A DNA stretch of 64,000 nt from Chrysomallon squamiferum. Lineage: Eukaryota; Animalia; Mollusca. Location of the stretch: the NCBI GenBank assembly GCA_012295275.1, contig CM022667.1, positions 8,308,001 to 8,372,000 of the forward strand. Direction: 5' to 3'. The notes beneath the pieces are model-generated. The model was not told the origin of the DNA, did not search any database, and was given only the letters and a program-made list of their open reading frames with translations. A program made the translations under genes and the position numbers. Positions 45,414-58,950 of this stretch are shown here, piece after piece (the first letter of the stretch is position 1; each line of letters begins with the position of its first letter).

Positions 45414-45978
45414 ACATTCATATGTCTTTCCTTCTTTGAAAACAGCTGCATTTATTATCAAATTATACATGTGTATATAAATATATATTACTTAAAAAGA
45501 CTGTTTAAAAACCAGGAAAAGTATTTTTTTTTTTAAAATAATTTATTTTTTATTTTTGTTTAAAATGCATGTGTGTGTGCGTGTGTGTGTGTGTTATTTG
45601 AAAAGAAAAAAAATGAAAAAAATAAAAGAATGAATTACATGTTGTATTGTTTTTTTGTGTTTTTTTTCATTTGCCTGAATTATATTTTCAAATAATTGTT
45701 TGTTCATTCCAGGCTGAATCACATTAATACTCACTGGACGTCCAATTTGGTATAATCTATAAAAACAAACAAAACAAATAAAATTAATTATATGCTAGTG
45801 GAAACAACACTTAGATAAATCACCGATGACATAAAACGAACTAATTCTATGGAGACAGATATTTTCTCTAACAAGATGAAGATACAAATCTTAACTCATC
45901 GCAAAGTTAATATTATTAGTCTTTCTGTGCTGGTTTACCCATCTTTATCATTAAATATAATTCTTCAACCAATTCACA

Positions 45979-46031
<53 letters not shown>

Positions 46032-46089
46032 ACAAGACACACTGTATAATTTAATGTCCCAAACATAGTTTACTATTACTATTTTATTA

Positions 46090-46151
<62 letters not shown>

Positions 46152-46497
46152 TGTTTAAATAATATTTGAGTTTTGTCTAAACAGTCCGAAATTAACCGAA
46201 AGAAAAGTGACTGAATTCGTTTAAAACAATTTGAAAACTACCAAAACTATTTTATTTGGGCTTTTAAAAGTAGGCAATCATAAAATTTAAAACTGTACGG
46301 GAATATATTACACAGTCGCAGATGGAAACCCCTAAACTAATAACTAGGTTAGAAAGGAAAGATAATTCGAATTCTACTTCCTGATTGCAACCTGTGATGG
46401 TTACTCATTGAAATACGGAAATAAAAAGTACCGTATTTACAAGAAAGCAGACGAAGAAGAACACGTATAAGTGTCACTGTTTGTAACTAATATAACA

Positions 46498-49400
46498 ATG
46501 GATGGTATGTAAAATTATTTCAACATTGTAAGGCTTATGATTTTGTCATTCTGAATGGGAAATCCAGTCACCAAGTGTAAACAGAGAATGTGAAACAAGA
46601 TTGAAAAAAAAAATAATATCATCATCATAAGATGTCATATATAATATTAATTATTATGTAGGTTTCCGGCCATAAAGAAATATAAAAAACATACATGTAT
46701 ACTCAAAAAGAAAAACAAAAGTAAATGTTTGCTTTTACTTAATATTTATAGATGTTCAAATTTCTTCATCTAATATTATTTTGTTGTCGAGATTACACAT
46801 CATGGAATGAAAACAATATGTCCAGATAAATTTAAAATTAATAAAGCAAGATATACAAACCTTTATCTGTTAACTCTGACATTTATTTAGCACTTGCTCA
46901 ACAATTTCAATATTAAAGTGATAAATATATAAATAAAAAGCTAATTTTCAACTTCAGCAGTAAACTCAAAATTTAATTTAAATTAATAATTTGTGATATA
47001 TATTACAAATAAATAAATAATATTAACAGCAGTGTTTTGTAACCATATATCACATGATTTTTGATAAATAAATCAATAAATTCATTATAATTTTAAATTA
47101 TTTATTTATCCTTTTAAAATTCTAATAACAAACATCACTGTAGACATTTTTTTTTTTTTTTAACTGACTGAATATTAATATGGTAGACAGAATTTACAAA
47201 CTTGGAATATGTATTTTTATCATGTCCCATTAAGAACAGAAATATGTCATGCAAACCATCATCCCTAGGATGGTGTCTATAAAGTATCCCTTGTTGCTAA
47301 CTGATAAGATAAGCCTGTTGTTGTTAGCAACAGCTTCTTTATTAGTACAAGAAATGTATGATTACAGAAAATAACTATACTAATATTAAAAGATGTTGAG
47401 ATATCGGTTAATATTCATTACGAGATGAATGCAGCTAGGTTTTATAATGAACAGTAAATTGGAAGTATGTGTGTATATATGTATGTACACACACACACAC
47501 ACACACACATACACAACAAATACACACACACACACATATAAATTAATACTCAGAATAAAATATAAATTATAAGTTTGTGTTTTTATGTGAAATTGTGATA
47601 GTTTTCATTTAATTTTTATTTTATTTTATTTTTCAGATATGATATTTCAGCTGAGGGTAAGTTATATACATGCATAGTAAGAAACACAGTTAGGGCTGAA
47701 ATAGTCAGGTCAAAAGGTCATGTCCAAAACATTTTTGCTTAAGCAGTTTACTTATAGAAGTATAAAATAAATGACATGTAATCAACATTAAAAGCAAGAA
47801 CAACAAAAATATCAAACATTAAATATAATCCAATTTTTTAATCATTATGGCATAGGACTTAAAATGAAAACTTGTATTGTTTTATCATGATTAACTCATT
47901 TATGTTTTTTTATTTTTTTATTAGAACTCATTTGTTGAATAAAAACAGTACACTTACACTGTATCAAGGAGAGTTTGTTTCAAATGAGTAAAAAAAAAAA
48001 TTGACAAAAAAAATAAAGTAGTGACTTTTCAGTGTGAAATATTGAAAGAAATATATGTACATTTTTATTTTGTCTAGTTTACAACCAAACAGTTAGAGAG
48101 ACTGGCTGAGAAGGCTGAGAAGGAGCAGAAAGCACAGCTGAATAAAGTGAAAAAGGTAAAAATAGCAGATTTCAAAATACAAAACATGTAACGAAAATAT
48201 AAATAAATATCTTAGGTGGTAGGTATGTGATTATTTTTTATGAAGATTTCAGGAAGTGTTAAAATGTATATTTCTGTGTCAGAATTGAGTTAATAATTTC
48301 GCTGTTAATCTGCTCATTACATTTGTGGGGTTTTTTTCTTCTGTTTTTGTTGTAGGCAATATCTCAGAAGAACATAGAAGGAGCTCAGATTTATGCTGAG
48401 AATGCAATCAGAAAGAAAAACGAGAGTTTGAATTATCTCAGATTTGCTGCCCGCGTGGACGCTGTGCAGTCCAAAGTGCAGACTGCACTGACCATGAAAG
48501 GGGTAAACTTTTCAAAACAAACTTTTCTGTAAAGTAAAACAAAGTGCAGACTGCACTGACCATGAAAGGGGTAAACTTTTCAAAACAAACTTTTCTGTAA
48601 AGTAAAACAAAGTGCAGACTGCACTGACCATGAAAGGGGTAAACTTTTCAAAACAAACTTTTCTGTAAAGCAAAACAAACTTTTCTGTGAAGTAAAACAA
48701 ACTTTTCTGAAGAGTTAAACACTGTGATGTTAAATTATGAACATATTAATTATAAAGTTTTCATTTTTTTTATAATGTTTTCTGGACCACATCAGTATCA
48801 CTTATGTTGTTTAAGACATGAAAAAGATTCTGTTTGTTAAGAAATGGATCAGTATATGTTGTCAAGATATTTTGAACAAACATTAGAGATTAGTGTGTCG
48901 ATGACATTTTTGAGTTTTCTCTGGATTATTTTAGTTTACACTGAAATTTCAAGAGAAGAATGGAGAAAGAAGAAAGATTCACCCCAAACAAACACTGTGA
49001 ACAACTGACCTTAACTTTAACCAGCAAAAAGTTTTGAGGTTTCTCAAATTGCCATCATCAGCAATGAAAATGTGTAAATTTGTGTTTTTCAGGTGACAAA
49101 GAACATCGCTGGTATTACAAAAGCTCTGGACAAGGCTATGGCATCCATGGACCTGCAGAAGGTAAATAAAAATTACAACATATCATGGATGCTGGATAAC
49201 ATTATCAACACAGACACATTTTCCAATTTTTAGTACTAAATTCACTTTTGTAAATTATCATGTCTTTACACAGATATAAAATCTACATGGTGTGATTTAT
49301 GTTTGAATTTAGTAACTAAATTTAAAAATGTATTTTGTTCTAGGTTGACCAGATTATGGAGAAGTTTGAAAGACAGTTTGAAGATCTTGATGTCCGAACC

Positions 49401-49501
49401 TCTGTGAGTGTTTTCTGCTAAAATGATTTTAAACTGTTATTCAGTCAAGTTTAAGCTGATGTGTTTTTCTTGTCTAAATATAGCATTTCTTACTGTGAGT
49501 A

Positions 49502-49597
<96 letters not shown>

Positions 49598-50776
49598 TTA
49601 ATTGTAAAAATTATAGTTAATGTTATCCTACATATTAATGATGTGCTTAAAACTGAACATTGCTAACCACATAAAACATAAATTTGCTCAGACTTTGGAC
49701 AACGCCATGGGAACAGCAACAACTCTGTCAACGCCACAGGACCAGGTGGAATCGCTGATTCAGCAGGTGGCAGAAGAGAATGGACTCGAGGTGATGGACC
49801 AGCTGAAACAAATAAACCCAGCCACAACCTCAGTCAGGTCGTCAGCAGCTTCAGAGGAACAAACAAAAGAGGACGACCTCTCCAGAAGGTGGGTTTTTTT
49901 TAATTAAATCTTGTATACAGCTTTAGTATTTCGATTTTTAAAACTTTTAAAACATCTGGTCATTGTTGTACTTAAAAGGCTGATGCCTTTTGATAAGGTT
50001 ATTTTTTATAATCTTATTTTAGTATTTAGATTATGACCTGTAGGAAATTTATTAAATATGTGGGGAGTGTTGTATTTTAACGGATGGTCCCTTTTTATAA
50101 GGCTGTTTTTAAATCCTGTATTAGTACTTGGATTTTGAACCAGAACAAATCTTATTAAGGTTTTGTGTACATACTTCATTGGTTGTTGATCTGTAGAAGA
50201 TGTTGCATTTCTAGAACTCAGTTTTTTGTCAGTGGTAAATATTTTTTTTAAAATCTGTGTTATTAATGGCTGATGATTGTTCTAGAATGTTCTGTGTGAT
50301 CACTGTAAAAATTAGTCATCATCTCTGGAATAAATTATAAGTGTAATAATACTTTATGAATCTTGTGTCTTGGTTTGTGCTGTAAAAGGGAAGGTGCACA
50401 TAAGGGGTACATGTTAGCTAATTTATAAAGTGTAGCCCATGCAATGACAGCCTTTGTTTCCACTAGCAGTTTTACAAAATAATCATGTTTGGCATCTAGC
50501 AGTGATTTAATAATAAAACTAGTGCCAACTGAAATCTAAACTGCTAAATATTTTATTTAGTAATAATAATTAAATACAAATATGTATTTATTATATAGAG
50601 AACTTTTTATTTTTTTGTTGTAATTTATTATTATTTCAGCCTGGGTAAAACAAATATATATATTTATTTCCAATAATTATACTATTGCATTGTTATTTTT
50701 TATTTGTATTTTGTATTCTTAAAAATAATTTTTTTTTTTTTTTTTTTTTTTCAGATTACAAGCCTTAAGGAACTGA
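46498..50776 (+). CDS. CHMP1A: ESCRT-III subunit CHMP1A, 8 coding exons
   Basis: Exons: 46498-46504, 47637-47656, 48078-48155, 48356-48502, 49093-49161, 49344-49403, 49692-49888, 50755-50776. They give [24 protein letters not shown]...[12 protein letters not shown]...[21 protein letters not shown]...[21 protein letters not shown]...EDDLSRRLQALRN (C-terminal MIM1). Confidence 0.96.
48472..48675. repeat. 68-bp x3 tandem repeat spanning the CHMP1A exon 4 donor
   Basis: Units at 48472, 48540 and 48608, each with 31 nt of exon end plus GTAAAC. Confidence 0.95.
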
Positions 50777-51111
50777 ATGCGAACTGTGTTTGAGTTACTA
50801 AATAAGACTTTACATCATGTGATTGGCCTTTCTCTGGGCAGTGGTTATCTGGTGCAGCAGTGAGATTTTCATCCTTATTCAGAAAAATGTTACCAGTTTG
50901 TATTGTTATGGGAATATGTTCTGGAAAGTGCTTTTAACAAATAATTAAGGGTTTAATTTATGTGTTTAGGTCTATTTCCACAACAGAAACAGAAAAGAAA
51001 AGAAAAACATTTATTAATCCACATTATTTTCAGTTTAGACATTAATATTAACGTTATTCATTCTATGATGTCATAATGATTGTGATGTCGTTGTTGGTAA
51101 ACTTGAATGTC

Positions 51112-51352
51112 AGCAGGGGCTGGATGCATGACCAGAATTTGTGAGTAAAAAAATGTTTTAGTATAAATTTAATGTATTGAAAGAAGACGTTAAATAAAAA
51201 AAAAAAAAATTTGTCCACACCTAAGTGAGATGAAATAGCCTTCTGGAAATTGTTGAGAGATTCTGGGGGCTTTGTCTCTTGGATCCTTGCCAGGGGCCCC
51301 AGTTTCCAGAACCTACTGAGAGGTTCATGCCCCCACTGTTGAGATCCCTGCT
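51112..51352. mobile_element. Possible degenerate MITE downstream of the CHMP1A stop
   Basis: GC-richer island bounded by the inverted ends AGCAGGG...CCCTGCT, with an internal GGGGCCCC palindrome; no clear TSD. Confidence 0.35.
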
Positions 51353-53369
51353 AAGTAAGTTTTTAAAATAATGCGTATATAAAACTTTAAATAAAAGTAA
51401 CAGATATTCATTATGTGGAGCTGCATGGAAGTGTGTAACAATATTAAACTGATATCTGCTGACAATCACTGCATTTTTTTATCGTTTTTTTAAAATTATT
51501 GTTTTTTAAAAAATAAAATCATTATTCAGAGTCATTATCAACTATTGTACTAAATTCTGTTTGATTGTTAATTAAGAATGTAAAGATTTTATGTTTCTAA
51601 ACATTTTCAGTATCATGACAACCATTTGTGTAGATGAAAAGCTATTAAAATTTTCATTTTTATAAAAAAATGCTTAATGTGCATTCAACTTCATAATTTG
51701 TATTTATAAATTAACAAAATTTAAGAGATTCTGTGTTCAGACAATTAAATAAATTATTAATGCTTCATACTAAAATAAGCTTTGAAAATTATTATTTTAT
51801 TTTTTGTTCAATGTGGATTGTTAACAGCCTTGACCATAGCATAATCAGCCAGTCTGGCCAGTGTCTGTAGATGATTCATCAAACACTAGGGAATGCACTT
51901 CTGTATAATTCCTATATACCAGTGAAAAATGTACAGACACTGTATGAAGACTTTGTGATAAATAATGCATGTTTAACACAGAATCCTTTCAATGGTGGTT
52001 GGTGTTAATGTTAAATAAAAAATTTTATTTTGAACATTTATTTTTAAAATAAGGCAGAGCTAATGACCTGGACTATCACATGTGTACATTTTCACGTACA
52101 GAACACAAACACATTTTCAATTATGTTTGTTATTAGCATATGTTTTTAGCTTTAAATTATGAAAATAATGTGTGTAATGTTACCTGGAGTTGGTGTATTT
52201 TAAATCATTCAACAAAATTGTGTTACTTTATTTTCTGATGTCTGAAACGTACACCGTGTACAAATTTCATGACTAAAAGAAATGCCTAAATGGAGTCAGT
52301 TGTACATCACTTTTATTTAAAAATCAGAAATATTGTAAACAGACTAAATGTTTTTGTTCTTGTACCATCAGTATATAAAGGAATATGATGTAAATATGTA
52401 ATATTAACATAACAATTTAATATGATAAGAACAGCTTATATATATTTAAAAATTTCATTTAATATTTTTCTTTTTTTTACTATATTTAAACTTTTTTCTT
52501 TTTTTTTAAACTTGACACTAATTAAAAGATTTTAACTAAATTTTGTTAAATTTTGTTTGGTCTAACTATTCATCTTTACAAAATTAATGTAAAATTTGGA
52601 TAGCCTGCTTCTGTTACTTAATAATAATAATAAGTAACTTGTCATAAAACATAATTTCTGTAAGAAAAATATACGATGGTTTTAAGCAATTCTATTTTTG
52701 TCTTGAGAAAAGACAGAATTAATTAAGCCTAGCTATGAAATAAAATAAACGTACAACAGATTTCATTATTTGTTAACACCACACAAAACTGAACCACAGA
52801 GACCAATACTGGCAGCTTGAGATTTATAAAAAAAACTGTTTCATTTTATAAGTTGTGAGCAATGCAGACTGATTCATTATGCATTGAACCGATTCATTTA
52901 TTCTGTAAATAGTGCTCTGTATAATTGTGTGATCTGTATAATGTTCTATTAAATCATTTGTTATGATTATGTTTACGTTGTTTGTTTTGTACTAGAGATA
53001 ACATTCATTTCTTACTAAAACTGTTACAGATTTAAAAACAGTTTGAAATATATAGCCTAGCTGATTACAGAATCATTTATTTTCTTTATATTAATTGATT
53101 TATATTTTGTGTAAATTAAGTATCAAAGCCTAAGCATAAATATATATATATATATATCTATATATATATTTTGTTTTTATTATATTTAATATGCATATAA
53201 AACAAAACTGCAAAGAAAGATTTTAAAATTTGAATATCTTCATTCATGTGATAACAAAATTTAAACAACATAGTTAAAACGAGTGTTTTTAATGTATCCC
53301 TGTTTCCCTTGCATTCAGTCAGTGTTGTAGACATTTCATGTAAATTAAAAGTCTTGTTTCACTGAGTAA

Positions 53370-53612
53370 TCAGGTTTTTAGTTTTTTCTGTGGAGGCTCA
53401 GTCAGGTCTGTTCTATCAGGTACTGCAGGAACAGAAAAACCGGGAATCTGAAATAAAAATGTTTTAACACAATAACTGATACTGTGTAAACATTAAAAAT
53501 ACCCTATGCCCTTTGATAACTCCATCACTGATTCTTAAACATACAATAAACATACTTTTAAACAACAATTTTAAACTAAAATTAATTAGATGTGTTTGTG
53601 TATAGATAGATA

Positions 53613-53702
<90 letters not shown>

Positions 53703-56561
53703 AGCATGCTTATCTCTCTATACACATACATTGTTCAAATATATACATAGAAGTTGAAATTGAATCTCAAGATATTGAACAATGTTTTATTAATGAGTTT
53801 ATAATTCTGTTTTCAACAGCTGTGTGCTGTTTAATAAAACACTTTAACGTTATGTAAAATGACACGTAACTAAAACTTACATGTGGAGTGACCAGCTGGA
53901 GAGAGAGTTTCATGTGCTGTATGTTAGACCTGTCTATACTCATCTGAATCACTACTCTGTCAAACACATGCAGCACCACATCACCTGCTGTCTGTGTGTT
54001 CTCCTGAAACATTTAAACACCATCAACACTTGATAAGAAAATACATGCAGGTTTAATTTTTCAGAATATTCTTGACATAAAATCTATATCAGAAAATGTA
54101 TCTATATAACAAACACACACATACAGACATACACACAGAGAGACACACACACACAAAAATTTAGGTAAGTTAATTTTGTAAAGGTATTTAATACAACTGG
54201 ATGATCTGGTATCCACATATTTTTCAACTGATAAAAAAAAGAATAATAAAATCACAAAAATTAAGTATTATTAATATTATTACAGAAAAACAAACAAACA
54301 AACAAATAAATAAAACTAATAATGGAAAAATAAATAAGTGTACATTGATAACAACAAAAAAAAAAAATAAATAATAATAATAATAAAATTAAAAAAATAA
54401 AATAAGCAAAAGATATAAAAATATGTTTTGAACAAAAGCCATGTTAAATTTTGTGTTCTCACCTCTTCATTGTAGACAAAGAGATTTTTGGAGGACTCTG
54501 TGTTGAGGAAGATGGTTCCCTCCAAACCATACTGCGGAATGAGAACCTGAACTGCATTTTTCCTCACAAAGAGAATGTAGCCCTCCTCATCCTGGACTCG
54601 GTTTTTGAAAAACAACTACAACAGAAAACAAAAAACAAATACCAATGTATCACATCCAGTATTAAACAAATTTAAATAAAATGTTAAAACAAATATTATT
54701 CAGGGATTTTGTCACATGCAGAGTTCACGACAAACCTGTCTTGAGTTGTTAAACAAAAAATAAATGAAACACTTGTCTAGAACTTGTCTCACTAACATTT
54801 TTAAACAAATCAAGCTGGGAAATGACATCTAATGTTATGAAAACAGTTTAACTATGGTGGAAGTGGATCATTCTGAGACATGATGTGATGGCACAATACA
54901 AAAGAGGCTGAGGTTTGACTTGGTGTGTTGAGACTGCTAAAGTGGATACTACAGGTGAGTACACAGTGTACATGCTGCAGACATCACTAGGGGTAATCAC
55001 AGAGTTTATTAACCTGCCAACTTGTTACAGTGACTGGGTGTAGAGTTAAAATATTTTACAATGCTGTCAGTCACTGGTTCACTTCTCAGCACTGATGCAA
55101 ATATCACACAGACTGATAACAGTTAACAGTTACAGTGTATAGATACTGTGTGTGTAACTGGCTAGTTACTGTATAGTTACAGTATAGTTACTGTGTGTGT
55201 AACAGTGTGTAGTTACTGTGTAGTTTACCTGTGTGTGTAACAGTGTGTAGTTACTGTGTAGTTTACCTGTGTGTGAAGATTAACTGATGCTCTGCCTGCA
55301 TACTGCGCCATCTTGTGTCGATAGTTCAAGTTGTTACACACTGACTGAAAACAAAACTTTCTCAGTTAAAACAATCAACAAATTCTTGTTTAATTTGATT
55401 TGATATAACCAATTCCATTTAGTTATAATTGATCTTATAATTGATGTTATAATGTGACAGTTAAACAAAAAAAGAAGGTTCAAGTTTTCTTTATAATATT
55501 ATAATATATTCCACATTTTATATAAACAAAACTACATCTGTATACCAATAATTTCATTAATTTTTATATTTATATTTATATTTAAACACTGCATTCTATA
55601 TAATCTAAGTTATTATTTTTACAAAAAGTTCCAGTATAGTATAATGTTTATAAACATTTCTAGTACAGTATTATTATTTCTAAACAGTTCTAGTACAGTA
55701 TTATTATTATTGTTTACAGACAGTTCTAGTAGAGTATTGCTGTGTTTACAAACAGTTCCAGTACACTGATTATAATGTTTACCTGTGTTTTGTGTTTGTC
55801 AAGCAGATCAGGGTATGAGGCGTCTGCTCCAATACACACAGCTAGCAGGCGATGTACAATGATGTCAGAGTATCTAATTAAAATATAAATATTTACTTAA
55901 TTATCAAATCTGACAAGATTATATTCGATGTACAATGATGTCAGAGTATCTAATTAAAACATTACAAACAGTTATTTACTTAATTATAAAATATATTGTA
56001 GATATTGAACATATTTTTCATGGGCAATATAAAAAGGGCAAAGAGAGTCAAACACTTTTTTGTAAAAATAAAATAAAAAATTCAGTATTAAGTGGGTTTA
56101 TAACTGGGAAAGTTAGACAGATTGGGACACATTACTTCACAAGTAAAAACGTTACTTAATGTACTGCTAAGCAACCCAGTGGACACAGAAGCTGAATCTT
56201 ACCGTCTGATGGGTGAGGTGAAGTGGGTGTAAATGGGCGCGGCTAGGCCGTAGTGGTTGTACTGTTCAGGTGGGAGCATGCCGCTGCTGAAGTAGACCGC
56301 CTGCATCATGCACCTCGTTGTCATGATTCGCAGCATCGTGTTGAAGTACGGGTTCTCTGGAAGCACTGCTCTGTCTAGACTGTCTGCCAGGCTTTTTCCA
56401 CAGGATACATCAATGTGTAAACCCTGAAAGAAAAATAAGTAGTCTGTTTACATTCTGTATTCACAAATCATGTCTCTGTTATTGGTGTTCCTAAGTACAT
56501 AGGTGTGTTTGTTTGTATACACATGCATCTGTTAGTGAATGAGTGTGTTTCTGTGTACATG

Positions 56562-56618
<57 letters not shown>

Positions 56619-58851
56619 GAACATGCCTCTGCGTATGCTTAATGTGATCATGCCATATACAGTCCAGTGAAATTTGTCTCAAGAACATTTTTCTTTGCTT
56701 GTCCTCAGTCTCCAACAAAAAAGCTTACTTTAGAATTAGCAGCTTTGATGAGGGGTTCGAAGTTTGATGGGGGTGGGGCAGGGTGTCTCCGGAGACAGGC
56801 ACAGTCGGGAAATTCTTCTAATGTCTTCTTAGCAACGGAAATGTTAGCTAGCAACATGAACTCTTCAACCATGGAGTTTGCGTCTCTGAAATAACAAAAC
56901 ATCAACAACTGGACAACTTATCTTAAATTTCGTTTGTAATTTTATTTTGTTAATACTCTCATTAGACAATTTCCTAAGTAAATATTACAATTATTTAATT
57001 ATCCATTTTAACCAGTGTCACACAACTGGTATTTATCTGTCTATGAGAAGGAAATGTGTTTCAAACATCCTTTGCTTTTTATCAGTAAGAACAACCCAAA
57101 GATGTGGCAGCTATTGTATATTTTAGATGCTGTAAATACCAAAAAAATTAAAAAATAAAAGAAAATGTTAAAAGAAAAACAAAAAAAATACAATAAAAAA
57201 GAGAAATTTATAATAATGATAATAATAATAATAATAAAAACAACAACAGCAATAATAATAAAGCTTTAAAATCAAAAACAAATCATGCATGAAACTTAAT
57301 AACATTGATAATAATAATTAAAACATTGTTAAAAAATATTACATTACAGGATAATACTAATTATAAGGAAGTAAATTACAAAATAATATGTAAAACTCTG
57401 TTTAATAAATTAAAACAAACCTGATTTCTTTTGTCTGTACGTCTATAGGATCGTGTGTCTCGCTGTCGACATGGAAACGAACTTCAGAAGACGCCAAACA
57501 CAAAGCTCTGTAAAATAAAATTCATCGTTAAAAAATATGTAGAGAATAATTTTAATTTATTCATTCTTAATTAGGTGACAAATGAAATGTACTGAAAATG
57601 TAATAAAGTTGTTACTTTAAAATTATCAGTTAAAATAATTTAAAATTAAACTGTGACACAGTTTTGTATATTTATTATTATTTTTTTTTTTTTTAAATAA
57701 ATAATCAATAGACACTATCATAACTGCTAGAAATGACCAAATTTACTGATAAATATATAAAAATAATTAAACAAAATAATAATAAAAATAAAACATTTTA
57801 AAAATCAATTATCTTATTATAAGAGGGCTTTTCTGTGTTTGAAAAAAAAGATTTTATCAAATAAACTTTTTACCCGTTATCAATTCTCTTCTTTTTCAGT
57901 GTTTTTGCCAGTTTGTTCAGCCACCTCAAACTCTCGGTGACATCGTCATTTAATTTAGGATCATCAATCCTCAACTGGGCCTCTGCATACGTCAGTGATG
58001 CCTGTTACAAAAAGAAAATACAAGTCTACACTCACTGAAAAATAATAATGTACGTCAATACAGAAATATAAACAACAGATGAATAATTCCATTTATTATT
58101 AACTCACCTTTGAACAGATAACACTTTTTGTAAATGTTGTTTTCACAATCTCAGCGTCTTTTGTCATCTCCCAAATCACAGTAAAAGCGAGTCTGAAATA
58201 AAGAAACCTCTTTTACAAAAGATTACATTTGATGGAGATAACTCTGCGAACGTTAAATAGAATAAAACAACAGAAAAATATCTTTATATGGATCGTGCTG
58301 TTTTGTTGTAGATGGATGTTTTAGTCTGTGTGTTACTGTGTGAGATCTGTTTCCTATAGCTGTTTGTGGATTTAACAGTTGAAATATAAACTTGTTGGAT
58401 TGTGAAGATTCACTGGTAAATATCATACCTGTCTACATTACTACGCAGTGAGCAGAGATTTGAACTTAGAAGCTCTGGAACCATATCTATTCTCTAGAAA
58501 ATAATAAAATATAAAATAAATAAACAAATAATAATATTTTGTTTCTCTTTGCATTTAAGCCACTGTTTTACTGATTCAATTTTAAAGGTGATTGGAAAAA
58601 ATTCAGATCTAATATTCATTAAAAATAATATGATTTTTTTTTACTGAATTATTTTATTGCACAGTGAAGAAAAAATTATTCAGATTATAAATTTAGATAT
58701 GTGCAGTATATAAAGAATGTGTGTTCTGAGAGAGAGAGAGAGAAAAAGAGAAAAAGAATAAGAGAGAGAGAAGATCTAAGAGAGTCTCAGAGAGAGAGAG
58801 AGAGAGAGAGAGACGTCTGTGTTTGAAAGAAAGAGAGCAAGAGAGAGTGAG

Positions 58852-58899
<48 letters not shown>

Positions 58900-58917
58900 C
58901 GTCAAGTTTGTCTTACC

Positions 58918-58950
<33 letters not shown>

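Noticed and set aside
54830-55130. GC-richer block in a DIS3 intron with a plus-strand CAG/GTGAGT donor (nested gene or snoRNA?)
   Set aside because: All plus frames are interrupted by stops, and I found no convincing C/D or H/ACA box pair on the host strand.
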